A stretch of 64,000 nucleotides of DNA, from the IMG/VR virus record IMGVR_UViG_3300036853_000446, positions 124,001 through 188,000 of that record; one strand, written 5' to 3'. Made by a program: the position numbers and the translations under genes. A model generated the notes under the pieces. That model did not search any database. It was not told the origin of the DNA and saw nothing but the letters and a program-made list of their open reading frames with translations. Of the stretch, positions 1-10,405 are shown in pieces; positions within the stretch are counted from its first letter, which is position 1, and every line of letters begins with the position of its first letter.

Positions 1-1892
1 AGGCGCAAACTCATTTCGGCTTCTGCATCCGTGAATGAAACCCTCGCGTCGTCGTCCACGCCGTAGATGCACACGCTCAGACAGTTTTCACGGATCGAGA
101 GAAGCTTCCCGACGTCGCCGTTGTAGATGCCCTTCTTGTAATCGTTCTTGATCACCATGAGGCGGTCCCCCACTCGAAAGTGCTGCTTCTCCCCTCGCCA
201 CTCGGCGGCGCCCGGTGGATTCAGCACCTGGCGCAGCGCAGCGTTGAGGGCGTCGACGCCGACGACGCCGCCGTATTTTGCCGAAAGGACCTGAAAGTTC
301 TCGTCCCGTCCCTTCAATTTCTCCGCCATGCGGACGATGCAGTTCTGAATCTGCTTGGCGTCGTTCATCGCGACGAATTTAAATTCGGAATCGCCCTTGG
401 GATCCCCGAGTTCGGGCATCTCGCCGTTATTGATTCGGTGGGAGTTGCTGACGATGCCCCCCTCGCTCGACTGCCTAAAGATCCGAGTCAGGTTGACTCG
501 CGGAAGGGAGTCGCACGCGGCCAGCTCTTTGAGGACGTTGCCCGGGCCAACGGACGGCAGCTGCGCGGAATCTCCCACGAGAACGAGGATGGTGTCGGGA
601 CGCAGCGACTCGAGGAGGCGGTAAATCAATTCCTGGTCGACCATGGAAACCTCGTCGACGATGACGGCGTCGATCACGAATCGGTTGTGGAAATCGAATT
701 TCCAAACCGATCCATCGTATCCGAGCGCCCTATGGATGGTGGACGCGGGGTAGCCCGTGATGCGTGAGAGGCGTTTCGAAGCGATGCCCGTGGGGGCCAT
801 GAGAACGAACGAGATACGGGACTCTTCGAAAAGTCGAACGAGCGCCCGCACGGAGGTCGACTTGCCGGTGCCGGGCAAGCCGGTGATGACGAGGACCCTC
901 GATTTCGACAGGCCTTGAACGACTCCCTTTTGAGCCTCGGACAATTCGAGCTGCGTCGTTCGCTGAAACTCTACCAGGAACGGACTCAGATCGACCGCCA
1001 ACGTGGCAGGACTGAGGAGTTCGGCGATTCGCTTTGCGGAGACCCGCTCGTATTCAAAATACTCCGGCAAGTAAACTCGAGACGCGCCGTCGACGATGAC
1101 AGCCCCCTGTTCTGCGAGCGCCTCGAGCGCTAACGAATAGTTTCCCAGGACCGGCTCCTCGCACGGAATGTCTGCAGCGACCTTCGGGATATCGCCGGGC
1201 CTGAGGAACAAGTGCCCACTCCGAGTCGCATGATCGAGACTCCACAGGACAGCCCCGCCCACTCGCCGCGGATCCGACGCGCTGACGCCCACGCTCAGAG
1301 CGAATTCGTCCGCCTTTACAAAGCTGAAGCCCGGAAGCTGCATCAGCCGGTAGGGATTGTCCTTCAGGAGGCTCCCCGCGTCCGACCCGAATTTCTGCAC
1401 GGCAGCTTCGATGTCTGACGCCGGTATGCCTCTCAACAGATGCGAGAGCCCACATGTGGCGATCGCCTGCTCCCAGCCCAGCAGCGTCGCCTGGAGATCT
1501 GCCCGATTGCCCGCGCTGACCTCGGCCAGTACCGTTGCCGGCGTTTTCAAGGCTTCGATGACTTTAGTCTCGTAGCGCATGCAGATCGCGTGCACCGAGG
1601 CGCTGTCGGCACCTCGGATACAATTACTAAAGAAGATCTGGAAACCCGGTCGATGATTGAACCATGGCTCCCAGGTGTGGATCTTGAACTGTCGCCCGAA
1701 TTTCTTGTGCTGAGTCCAATCGCCCCAGAGATGAATCGGCGCGCCCGACATCAACCGGGTAATACCAAACAAGTGGCCACGCGCCGTCCACGACATCTTT
1801 CCTTCCACCATCTCGTCGAGGACGAGAACGACCACGAAGAAGGAACCGCTCTGAAAGATGACCTTTGCGACGGCGCCGCAGAGTTCCGTCAC
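1..1892 (-). CDS. recD2: RecD2-like SF1B helicase (C-terminus runs off window start)
   Basis: Hand translation: GTG start overlapping ligase stop; N-terminal WGDWTQHKKFGRQF and NPYRL..GFSFVKAD, Walker A GLPGTGKST, VIVDEVSM, GDSAQLPSVGPG, IFRQ. Confidence 0.92.
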   Translation of the reverse strand, partial: MTELCGAVAKVIFQSGSFFVVVLVLDEMVEGKMSWTARGHLFGITRLMSGAPIHLWGDWTQHKKFGRQFKIHTWEPWFNHRPGFQIFFSNCIRGADSASVHAICMRYETKVIEALKTPATVLAEVSAGNRADLQATLLGWEQAIATCGLSHLLRGIPASDIEAAVQKFGSDAGSLLKDNPYRLMQLPGFSFVKADEFALSVGVSASDPRRVGGAVLWSLDHATRSGHLFLRPGDIPKVAADIPCEEPVLGNYSLALEALAEQGAVIVDGASRVYLPEYFEYERVSAKRIAELLSPATLAVDLSPFLVEFQRTTQLELSEAQKGVVQGLSKSRVLVITGLPGTGKSTSVRALVRLFEESRISFVLMAPTGIASKRLSRITGYPASTIHRALGYDGSVWKFDFHNRFVIDAVIVDEVSMVDQELIYRLLESLRPDTILVLVGDSAQLPSVGPGNVLKELAACDSLPRVNLTRIFRQSSEGGIVSNSHRINNGEMPELGDPKGDSEFKFVAMNDAKQIQNCIVRMAEKLKGRDENFQVLSAKYGGVVGVDALNAALRQVLNPPGAAEWRGEKQHFRVGDRLMVIKNDYKKGIYNGDVGKLLSIRENCLSVCIYGVDDDARVSFTDAEAEMSLR

Positions 1893-3802
1893 GCGAGCAT
1901 GTCCAGGAATTGGTTCTCGGAGATGCAGGCAGTCCCATTCTTACGAGCGGCCAAAGCCTTGCCGGAGGTCGACTCGGGGTCGGACGTGACGAGGAAAGTC
2001 AGACCGGCGCCGACGGATTTCTTCACCTGGCCGCCCGCGTCCTTGACCATCTTCTCGAGAACGGGCCGCTTCTCGCTCATCCGCCCCGTAAAGCAGAACG
2101 ACTTGCCCGTGAGCGCGCCCTTCGACGGAGGCTTGATGGCCAACCCCGCCCGCTGCATCTCCCGCAAGAGAGTCTGGTTGCGCGCGAGCCACCCGACGAA
2201 GGATTGCGCCCTCTTGGGCCCCACGCCGCCGATCTTCTCGAGCTGCTCGACCGTGGCCACCGAGAGCGCCTCGAGCGAGTCGTAGCCAGCCCCGACGATG
2301 ACCTCCAACGTCGAGGTCGCACACAATGGGATGCCGAGCGCCCCGAGGAAGCTCTCGAGGGGCAGCGGCACGACGCTCCACAGCTGCTCTCGGGCCTTCC
2401 GTGCGGAAGCCGGGCCCATCCGCTCCAAAGCGGCCAAAGCCTGCTCCGAGAGGCCATAGAGGCCCGCCACGGTGGTTGCCAGGCCCTCTTGGACGACCTT
2501 CTCGATGAGAACGTCGCCCCACTCGAGGATACCCAGCTCCTTTACCCACCGCTTGAGCCGACCCTCCACCTGGGCGGGGCACTCCGCCGTATTCGGGCAG
2601 ACGAGATACTCGCCCTCCCACTCCGTCGGCGACCCGCATTCCGGGCACTGCGCCGGAGCAGGCGTCGTCTCGGCCTTGGGGTTATCGACGGCGACGATTC
2701 TCGGAATCACGTCGTTCGATCGCGTAATCGTGACCCGAGCCCCGATATAGAACCCGATCTGCCGAATATAGGCCCAGTTGTAGAGGCTCGCGCGACGCAC
2801 CGACGCCCCCAGCAGATTGACGGGGCGGACCTCTGCAACCGGAGTGATGCGACCTTGACCCCCGACTTGAGCGACGAGCCCCGTCGACGTCGTCGAGCGC
2901 GTGATGGGAGAGAACTTGAAGGCCACCGCTCCCCGCGGCCGCCCGTGAAGCTCCCCGAGCGAGGCCTGGTAGGCCAGGTCGTTGAAACGCACGACGAGGC
3001 CGTCGATCTCGTACGGGAGTTCGTCCCGGAGCGTCTGCTGATAGTCGACCCACAAATCCTGCGGCGTCTTGGCGCCAGGGACCATCGCCGTGACATACCA
3101 GTGGGGGTGTTTGAAGCCGTACCGCTCGAGCCACAGGAACTGGTCGGCGTCCTTGCCAAAATCGGGGCCATATACTTGGTAGAAATAGACATTCAGGTGC
3201 TCGCACCCTTTCCCGTCCAGACGCTTTGCCGTCCCCGCGGCGGTATTGCGCGCGTTCGAATTTGTCGGGAAATGCCGCGCCAGATCAGCCTTGTGCAGGA
3301 TAATCTCGCCACGCAGCGTGACCGGGCCGTCGTATTCCAGCCGCTTCAGAATGCCTTGCATGCGCGCGACGTTCGGCGTGATGGCCTCCCCCACGACACC
3401 GTCGCCTCGGGTGACGGCCTGCTGCAGACGACCCTTGTCAAAGGTTACGCTGATCGAGATCCCGTCGAGCTTCTCCGTGACGAGCAATTCCTCGAACGGA
3501 AGTCCGTCCATCGCTAGGCGGCTATGACTCGAGCGGCTGTGACTCGTAACCCAACCCGTGATCGCGTCGACGGACTGAATCTTGTCCAGGCTGCCCATCG
3601 GAATCGAATGCGGCGTCTTGGGCCACGCCGAGTCGGCCGGAACGGCGGCGCCGACGGCCGTTACTGCCGGCGAGTCAGCCTCTCGGGCAACGAGTTCGTC
3701 AACCAGCTCGTCGAACCGGGCGTCGTCCATGAGCGGGTGGCCATTGTAGTAGGCCTCCCTTGCTTCCTGGATTTGAGTCTCGAGGGCGATCGGACTAGCC
3801 AT
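1889..3802 (-). CDS. ligA: NAD-dependent DNA ligase
   Basis: EKLDG adenylation motif, TRGDG, LRGE, YEIDGLV, Zn finger CPECG..CPNTAEC, HhH, BRCT; start set at MASPIAL. Confidence 0.97.
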   Translation of the reverse strand: MASPIALETQIQEAREAYYNGHPLMDDARFDELVDELVAREADSPAVTAVGAAVPADSAWPKTPHSIPMGSLDKIQSVDAITGWVTSHSRSSHSRLAMDGLPFEELLVTEKLDGISISVTFDKGRLQQAVTRGDGVVGEAITPNVARMQGILKRLEYDGPVTLRGEIILHKADLARHFPTNSNARNTAAGTAKRLDGKGCEHLNVYFYQVYGPDFGKDADQFLWLERYGFKHPHWYVTAMVPGAKTPQDLWVDYQQTLRDELPYEIDGLVVRFNDLAYQASLGELHGRPRGAVAFKFSPITRSTTSTGLVAQVGGQGRITPVAEVRPVNLLGASVRRASLYNWAYIRQIGFYIGARVTITRSNDVIPRIVAVDNPKAETTPAPAQCPECGSPTEWEGEYLVCPNTAECPAQVEGRLKRWVKELGILEWGDVLIEKVVQEGLATTVAGLYGLSEQALAALERMGPASARKAREQLWSVVPLPLESFLGALGIPLCATSTLEVIVGAGYDSLEALSVATVEQLEKIGGVGPKRAQSFVGWLARNQTLLREMQRAGLAIKPPSKGALTGKSFCFTGRMSEKRPVLEKMVKDAGGQVKKSVGAGLTFLVTSDPESTSGKALAARKNGTACISENQFLDMLA

Positions 3803-4079
3803 GGCTCGACCCGCCTTTCGACAAATCCTCGAACGTAACCGCGTGGACCTCTTGGGCCTCGTCCGCATTGATGCGCTCGGCGTGAGCCTCGAGCGCGCCA
3901 GCGAACGCGATGGTGAACCGCACGGCATGCCCGACGTACTCGGGCAAGATGTCCTCCAGACGGACCACCTTGCCTTCCTCCGTGTCGTCGTCCGCGCAGT
4001 GAATCTGATAGGTGTCGTCGAGTGGGTCGCGCTCGAGGACACCCTCGAGCAGCTCGCCCAAGCCGAGAATCTTGGTCAT
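3795..4079 (-). CDS. hypothetical protein
   Basis: Co-directional ORF overlapping ligA start; CGGTGTA motif 11 nt upstream. Confidence 0.7.
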   Translation of the reverse strand: MTKILGLGELLEGVLERDPLDDTYQIHCADDDTEEGKVVRLEDILPEYVGHAVRFTIAFAGALEAHAERINADEAQEVHAVTFEDLSKGGSSHG

Positions 4080-4169
4080 CGGTGCGCAGTACACCGGAGA
4101 CGAGGCACCTTCCTGTTCAGCGCCGCGGGTTTAGCTTCGTGGAACGCGCCGCTACGGATTCACCCTCAT

Positions 4170-4724
4170 TTAGGTGCGGATAACACGGAGAGCGTCGAGT
4201 TGCTTCATTGTAGCATTCAGGTCTTCATACATGCGAATCGTCTGAGACGACGCACCCTGTGCGCGCAGAATGGTATCATGGTTGACGCCCTCGCCAAGAG
4301 CGGGCGAGGGGTCCTTCCATTCTGGCAACTCATGCGCCACGTCGATCATCCGCGAAACGTCGTGAAATCGATACTTGTGATGCACCTTCTCGAGAAGCTC
4401 GACGTCGTAATCCGATAGCTCGCTATCGCCAGGCTCCTGACCCGTCAGCATCACGTCGCATTCGTCGGTGCGAAAACACGCATTCCACGACTCAGATTGG
4501 GGTGCCTTGCCATCGATGTAGTCGAGGACCGTACTCGGTACAGGTCCGTTCTTTAGGTTGACCACCGAGCCGCCCGTGATGGGCATCCCCGTTTCCAACA
4601 GTGATTGGCGGTCGGCAAGGTGCAGTAATCCGAGCAGCTTCGTACGGTTCAGACGGCCGCCGGCCTTACACAGAAGGACCCCCGCGGCTTGCGCCGTTCG
4701 AAGCGGTTGAAAACGGAACTGCAT
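4170..4724 (-). CDS. Panacea/SocA-like (DUF4065) antitoxin-domain protein
   Basis: TKLLGLLHLADRQSLLETGMPITG..KNGPV, ELPEW motifs; SD GGGAGG. Confidence 0.8.
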   Translation of the reverse strand: MQFRFQPLRTAQAAGVLLCKAGGRLNRTKLLGLLHLADRQSLLETGMPITGGSVVNLKNGPVPSTVLDYIDGKAPQSESWNACFRTDECDVMLTGQEPGDSELSDYDVELLEKVHHKYRFHDVSRMIDVAHELPEWKDPSPALGEGVNHDTILRAQGASSQTIRMYEDLNATMKQLDALRVIRT

Positions 4725-4825
4725 GAAACCTCCCGTGTAATCTATGCGGTTTCGAAGGGAGCACAATGACCAAGCAGACGACGAAGCCATGCCCGCCGGT
4801 TCGGCCAGCCCTTTCCGCGCCGATG

Positions 4826-5032
4826 TCATTCAGCGAGCCGACGAAACAGCTCGGCATGCACGCAGAAGATCTTCTCTTTGGCGGCTTCAAAACGCGCCCG
4901 TTTCACAGCGTCCGCCCGGCTCGACTCCTCGTCGGATGGCTCGACCGGGCGCAGATTCGCGCCCCGGTCAGAGACCACGTGTGCGACCCCGAGCGAGCCA
5001 GGATCGGTGGGGGGTCGACTCGACGGTTTCAA
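4826..5032 (-). CDS. small hypothetical protein
   Basis: TTG start overlapping upstream stop (TTGA). Confidence 0.4.
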   Translation of the reverse strand: MKPSSRPPTDPGSLGVAHVVSDRGANLRPVEPSDEESSRADAVKRARFEAAKEKIFCVHAELFRRLAE

Positions 5033-5271
5033 GTCTTCCGCCTCAGCGCATTCAAAATGTGCATCACGTCGTTCCCGGTGGCGCCCGAGTAGAGGCGCCG
5101 CCCCGAGCGCGCGAGTTCTTGATCGCCTCCCACGGACTGACTCAGGAACGGATACGACGTCTCGTCTCCGCGCGAGATGTCCCATCCCTTGATTGCCCGC
5201 CACACGGCCTCGAATTGCGGCGACGCCAGGTCGGCTTGCGTTGGATCCGGGTATTCCGTTGAATCACTCAT
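5029..5271 (-). CDS. hypothetical protein
   Basis: MSDSTEYP start with GAAAGGAAAG SD; CGGTGTA motif upstream. Confidence 0.65.
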   Translation of the reverse strand: MSDSTEYPDPTQADLASPQFEAVWRAIKGWDISRGDETSYPFLSQSVGGDQELARSGRRLYSGATGNDVMHILNALRRKT

Positions 5272-5323
5272 ATCTTTCCTTTCAAATAAACAGACTTGTC
5301 GTTCGTTGTACACCGGGTTCGCC

Positions 5324-7279
5324 CTAACGCACCGGGCAGACCCCGTTCTGGCATTCGTCGAGACCTTGCAGCGTCTCCATGTCCCCCGCGTGCACGAGCG
5401 GGTGGTCGTGTCGAATGGTCCGGTACAGCGCCCCGTACGTCCCCTCGTCGATAGCCTCATAGGGCGCCTGGGCGTAGCCGTGGGCCTTGGGCAGGCAAGA
5501 GGTGCTCTTGAGCTGCGGGACAAATTCCTTCAGGCACGCGGCCAGTTCGTCTCGCTCCGTCTCGGCGTCAAAGTTCAGCGTGGCGGACACGGCATTGTCC
5601 GCCCAATACCGCTGGACGTATGCCTGTCGCTCGAACTGACCTCGCAACGTCTCCGACCCCTTCGAGCCACGCGCGTGAGGGGCTCGCATCGGGAATGAGA
5701 AAACCCAAGTATGCCCACTCGTATCGTAGACATCCTCCTCGAACGGCACACGGGCCTCGATCATGGCCGCGGCCATAGGGTCATTCTTCGCAATGCGCGT
5801 CCGTCGAATGTAAAACGGGGCGTGCGGCGCGTGAATGCCCGGAGAGCTGCCATTCAGTAGCGATATCGTTCCACTCGGCTTCGTCGTGGTGATGGCGTTG
5901 GGACGATTGACGCGGAGTTCGTCGGCGTATGAGTTCGCCTCCGCTCGACAAGCCGAAAACCACTCACTCAACATCTCGGGGGACGAGTCGAAATCGCAGA
6001 CTCCCCCAAGCCCCACGCCGAGCCGCATGTTCTTCCGGCGAATGGCGTCCGACTGCTCGTCCAACAAGGGGGCGAGCCGCTGGCGCATCGCGTACCTCGT
6101 CTGGAGTCGGAAGGCGAGCGTCCCATCCGTGTCGGAATTGAACTTAGCCGGGAATATTTCAGCCAGGTTGCAGCTCTCCCTGTCATGGAGGGGTAGCTCA
6201 CCACAGGGGTTTATGCCCGTCGCGCCCGGGTCTGTCTCCCAAATCTTGGCGAGGTTCAGAATGCCGGGTTCGCCGAATTTGATGTTGTCCTCGACCAGGC
6301 TCGCCCAGTCAAAGTTCGCGATCTCATCGTTCGACCTGAACACGATGCTGTTGTTGCTCGTGTGGCGATGACTGATGACGGCCCCGTAGTCCTTCTTCGC
6401 GTCCCTGAACTCCCGATCGGTTGCGTCCCCGAGGACAATCAAAGCAGATCTGCGTACATTGCCGCTCTTGATGCACAGGCCGATGTGGTTGGTGATATCC
6501 AGGCACTCGACGCTACCGAGGCGACGCCCCTCTGCCCCTCGGATGATGTTCCACGTTGCCCTCAGGAGGTTGGACAAAGGCCCCGGGCCGCACGCAATGC
6601 CGCCAAACGTCTTGATGGCAGCTCCCCGCCGCCGAACGCCCGAGACGTCGATGACGAGGTCGCAACCCTCGTACGCGGCGATCAGGGTACGGCGCAGCGA
6701 CTCAATCCAACCTTCTCGGGAGTCCGCGACGCGATACGTAGGCGTCGAGCCATTGAGATAGCCGGGGCCCTCCGGCTTGACCTCGAGCACGTTCTCGTGT
6801 GAGCCGTCGCACCAGACGGCAAAGCGCGCCGCGGCCCGCTCGACAACCGGCAGCGAATCGATGCTCCCCAGACCGACCCCAACGCCACCCCCGAGCATGA
6901 GTTGGTCGGCAACCCAGCACCAATCCAAGTAATTGTTGAGCGTCGTACTCCAGCAGTTATACCTCGCCGCCGCCGGGATGCCCTCCACCCCGCCCGTCCA
7001 AAGACCCCGCCCCGGGGGCAAAGCCTGCCCAGTCCAGAACAGATGAAAAAGCAGCTCGGCTTCCCTCCGATGCACCCCGGGAGCCTCCGAGGCGTTGCCT
7101 TCGATGACTCGCCGGATCGTACCGGTCCACGTCTCGACGTTCCCGCGGCAATACTTCGTGAGATACGTGGAGCGCGCGAGCAACGATTCGAACGGATCCC
7201 CCTTCTTTCTGTACGGCGACAGGAAATCCTCACTCAATCGGAACCGAGTTGCTCGGGGTGCTGTAACGACAATCTCCAT
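5324..7279 (-). CDS. nrdJ: Class II (adenosylcobalamin-dependent) monomeric ribonucleotide reductase
   Basis: PPGRGLW, YNC, GINPCGE, TKPSGTISLL, C-terminal CQNGVCP. Confidence 0.93.
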   Translation of the reverse strand: MEIVVTAPRATRFRLSEDFLSPYRKKGDPFESLLARSTYLTKYCRGNVETWTGTIRRVIEGNASEAPGVHRREAELLFHLFWTGQALPPGRGLWTGGVEGIPAAARYNCWSTTLNNYLDWCWVADQLMLGGGVGVGLGSIDSLPVVERAAARFAVWCDGSHENVLEVKPEGPGYLNGSTPTYRVADSREGWIESLRRTLIAAYEGCDLVIDVSGVRRRGAAIKTFGGIACGPGPLSNLLRATWNIIRGAEGRRLGSVECLDITNHIGLCIKSGNVRRSALIVLGDATDREFRDAKKDYGAVISHRHTSNNSIVFRSNDEIANFDWASLVEDNIKFGEPGILNLAKIWETDPGATGINPCGELPLHDRESCNLAEIFPAKFNSDTDGTLAFRLQTRYAMRQRLAPLLDEQSDAIRRKNMRLGVGLGGVCDFDSSPEMLSEWFSACRAEANSYADELRVNRPNAITTTKPSGTISLLNGSSPGIHAPHAPFYIRRTRIAKNDPMAAAMIEARVPFEEDVYDTSGHTWVFSFPMRAPHARGSKGSETLRGQFERQAYVQRYWADNAVSATLNFDAETERDELAACLKEFVPQLKSTSCLPKAHGYAQAPYEAIDEGTYGALYRTIRHDHPLVHAGDMETLQGLDECQNGVCPVR

Positions 7280-7289
7280 GGGAATCCTC

Positions 7290-8261
7290 TCACGCGGCTA
7301 AAGACAGGACAGCAAGCTCGACCAAGGTGCGTTTGGACGGGGCAGCCCCTTTAATCTGGACTTCTAGATCACATAGATTCTTCATATGGTTCAGGAGCTG
7401 AGCCGCGGTGTGCTTCTGCACCGAGACCAACTCCCGTTGCACTCGATACGGGTGCAAGCCCAAGGCACTGGCGATCGCCTCCGGGCGCTGCTGCCGATCG
7501 AGTAAACTTCGCATCAGCAGCGTCTGCTCGAGCTGCTTCATCATGGACGCGACGATGGGAACGAGCGCCTCATCGCCCCGGTCTTGAAAGAGCATCGAGA
7601 CGGCCTGCATCGCGCGCTTTGGGTCCTTTGCAAAAGCCGCCTCCGAGACGTCCCACGGCGCCACGGCAACGCGCTTGGCGCATAAAGACAGGACGAGATC
7701 CTTCGAGATTTGGCCACCCTTCTCGACCAAGAAGGACGCCTTTCGCATCTCGTTGACCATGCAGTCCGTGCGCTCCCCGTGAACCTTGAAAAGCACGTCG
7801 AACGCGACATCAGCCAGGATCAGTCCGAGCAGAGAGGCCTCCTTTACGATGCGCTCTCTAATCTTCTCCTTCTCCCACGGCTTGAAGCGCAGATGCTCCA
7901 CGACGCGACCCAGCTTCCCGACATCGGCCCAGCCCTTGGCGAGACGCGCCGAACGGCAAATGGCAACGAGAAGGGCCGATTGATCCTGCGGGGCGCGTTC
8001 GGCAAAATATGCCTCGAGCGCCCCGTTCACCTTGACCTTATCGGCGTTGTCGACGACCACGACAATGCCGCCATCGTCAGAGATGGGCAGGTCCCCCAGA
8101 GCCGAGACGATGCCGTCTTCGGTCACGCTCTCGCCGTCGAGACAGGTCACGAATCGATCGCGCCACCGGAGTGCGCGAGTCAGCTCTCGATCGAGGAGGT
8201 AGGTCTCCTCGCCGTAGAAGACGTTGAAGACATGGAAGATACGCGACTGCTTGCTGGCCAC
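7290..8261 (-). CDS. holA: DNA polymerase III delta subunit-like (clamp loader)
   Basis: FYGEETYLLD N-terminus, LGLHPYRVQ, LCDLEVQIKG typical of HolA. Confidence 0.85.
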   Translation of the reverse strand: MASKQSRIFHVFNVFYGEETYLLDRELTRALRWRDRFVTCLDGESVTEDGIVSALGDLPISDDGGIVVVVDNADKVKVNGALEAYFAERAPQDQSALLVAICRSARLAKGWADVGKLGRVVEHLRFKPWEKEKIRERIVKEASLLGLILADVAFDVLFKVHGERTDCMVNEMRKASFLVEKGGQISKDLVLSLCAKRVAVAPWDVSEAAFAKDPKRAMQAVSMLFQDRGDEALVPIVASMMKQLEQTLLMRSLLDRQQRPEAIASALGLHPYRVQRELVSVQKHTAAQLLNHMKNLCDLEVQIKGAAPSKRTLVELAVLSLAA

Positions 8262-8273
8262 GGTTCGATCCCC

Positions 8274-9194
8274 TCAACCGCAGACTGAGGCCAGCGCGGC
8301 CTTCAGATGAAATGAGAGATTGATGGAAGACTGCGCGCGCTCTCGCAAGCTCCTCAACTCGGCGAGCAGTCCGTGCACCGCAAACCTTTTGAGCTGAGTT
8401 TGCAGACGACGAAGTGCATCGATGGCGTCCACGTTCATGACCTTGTTCGGAGCCACATCAATCACCGCGAGGTCCTGGAGCAGTTGCCGCAGGAAGCGGA
8501 TCGCCAGAGGCAGATCGGTCACGTCGTTCACTGCTGAAAACGTGCCGAACAAGTCTTTCGTCGCGGCCAAACTCAGAATGCCGATCATCTCATCTCTCAT
8601 GGTCAACTGACCGGACACGAGGCACCGTATGGCGCGTCCCAGCGAGCCCTCAGCGATACGCGCACACACAAGTGCTTTCGTCTCATCATCCGTGTATTGC
8701 CGCAGTTTGGACAGAATCAGTTCCTCAGGGATTCTTCGGTAGGAAACGACAGCGCATCGAGAACGGATCGTCGGAATCACGGTCTCGAGCTGCTCACTGA
8801 GCAAGAAGAAGCGCACCTTGGCGGGAGGCTCTTCCAGCACTTTCAACAAAGCATTTGCGGCCGCGCTCGTGAGCCTGTTCGCGCCGTCGATGACGAAGAA
8901 TTTCCACGGCGCCCATGACGGCAACGTTTGGGTCTCGTCGATCAAGCCCCTGATGGAATCAACCTTGATGTCCTTGTCATCTTCCACTTCAACAACACGG
9001 AAATCGGGGTGATGCCCGGCTTCCAACGCATAGTGCTGGCTCTCCTCGAAGACCGTTTTTGCAGCCTCGACGATCGACAGCCGCCGGCCCGTCCCCTCTT
9101 CGCCGATCAGAAGAAGCGGGAGCGCAAATGTCCCCTCGGCTACCTGTCGAAGGTAGAAGACTCCTTCAGGTTGTCCGAGCACTGACTCCAGCAC
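8274..9194 (-). CDS. holB: DNA polymerase III delta-prime subunit-like
   Basis: GEEGTGR, HPDF, AANALLKVLEEPP, TIRSRC. Confidence 0.9.
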   Translation of the reverse strand: MLESVLGQPEGVFYLRQVAEGTFALPLLLIGEEGTGRRLSIVEAAKTVFEESQHYALEAGHHPDFRVVEVEDDKDIKVDSIRGLIDETQTLPSWAPWKFFVIDGANRLTSAAANALLKVLEEPPAKVRFFLLSEQLETVIPTIRSRCAVVSYRRIPEELILSKLRQYTDDETKALVCARIAEGSLGRAIRCLVSGQLTMRDEMIGILSLAATKDLFGTFSAVNDVTDLPLAIRFLRQLLQDLAVIDVAPNKVMNVDAIDALRRLQTQLKRFAVHGLLAELRSLRERAQSSINLSFHLKAALASVCG

Positions 9195-9355
9195 AATCAG
9201 CCTCCAATGAATCGTCGACACCGGATGGTTCGACGCGGACGAGCATCACGACGCGGCGATACGCCCCGCGGATCTCACGGACGAAGCGATACGGCTCGCG
9301 GCCGCTCGGGTGCATGGCTTTGCTCGTACACCGAGCGAAGCACCTTCATCGCGAA

Positions 9356-10189
9356 TCAGGTGCTGAATGTTGCGGCGACGCGCCCCTGCTCGACGAGAAA
9401 ATCGTGAATGATCGAGTATGGCTTATCGCACTGCAGCTTGCGCTCGAGCGTCATGCGCAAGGCCAACGCAAACTGAGACTCGACCTTTTCCGCATCGCGG
9501 CACATGAACCAGTAGTTCGACCCCGTAAAATTCTTCACGTAGTCTAAGACGACCGCCTCGGGCACCAAAGCGCTGCGGAGCCACATATAGATGGCCAGGT
9601 TCATCGTGTAACCACGCACCTCCCAATGCGTGCGCCCCTTCGATGCCCACGGCCCGAGGCACACGAGACCAGCGAGCAACACGAACGTCCACCAGCCCGC
9701 GATGAAGATCGAGAGCGCCAACGAGCCCAGAGTAACGAGACCCAAAAAGATCCAGAAGAGAATGCCCGGTCTCGTATCTCTCGCCCCTCGAAGCAATGCC
9801 AGGATGATATACCCGACGAGGAACGCCGCAATGGGCAGGGGGCTCCCGACGACCGCGTGAAGGATGAAGAATGGGATGGCCCAGATTTGAGGTGCCGCAT
9901 AACCGAGTTGAAACCGCGCGCCCGCTTCACGTGAGTCATACATGTGCACGAACTCGTGCGAAAGCGTGACGATGCTCCGGTCAGGCTGTCCGTCGTAACG
10001 TAACCGCGACGGAAAGTAGGCAGTTGACCCGAGAGTTGTCGTGAACACGGTCATGAACGTCGGATTGATTGGACGCATGAGCAGGCCGAGCGCGCGCATG
10101 AGCAACGATTCATCCTTGAACCGGACTTTGAAGGACGGGATCTCCTTCTCTAGCTTTTGCTCGAGCGCCCGGAGGGTTTCCAAGCTCAT
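9356..10189 (-). CDS. Putative HExxH zinc peptidase with inserted membrane segments
   Basis: SHEFVH motif, three to four hydrophobic helices, distal WEVRGY. Confidence 0.6.
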   Translation of the reverse strand: MSLETLRALEQKLEKEIPSFKVRFKDESLLMRALGLLMRPINPTFMTVFTTTLGSTAYFPSRLRYDGQPDRSIVTLSHEFVHMYDSREAGARFQLGYAAPQIWAIPFFILHAVVGSPLPIAAFLVGYIILALLRGARDTRPGILFWIFLGLVTLGSLALSIFIAGWWTFVLLAGLVCLGPWASKGRTHWEVRGYTMNLAIYMWLRSALVPEAVVLDYVKNFTGSNYWFMCRDAEKVESQFALALRMTLERKLQCDKPYSIIHDFLVEQGRVAATFST

Positions 10190-10219
10190 AGAGTCTCCAA
10201 GCTCACAGCGTCTCCAAAC

Positions 10220-10405
10220 TCATAGATGCTGCATGTCCATCTTTCCGCCGACCCGAACTGTGCGCGAGGTGTTGCATTTCACGCAACGATAGAGGCGCGT
10301 CCCCGGCGCGTAGGCGACCTCAACCACCTGAATCGAGTCGCATTTCGGGTTTGTGCACTTCATGAAAACTGGTTTTGGATCGGCGGCGGCTTTGGGAGCT
10401 GTCAT
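10220..10405 (-). CDS. small Zn-ribbon protein
   Basis: CTNPKC and CVKC pairs. Confidence 0.6.
   Translation of the reverse strand: MTAPKAAADPKPVFMKCTNPKCDSIQVVEVAYAPGTRLYRCVKCNTSRTVRVGGKMDMQHL

Noticed and set aside
1865-3517. 550-aa plus-strand ORF
   Set aside because: Antisense shadow of ligA, expected in high-GC DNA
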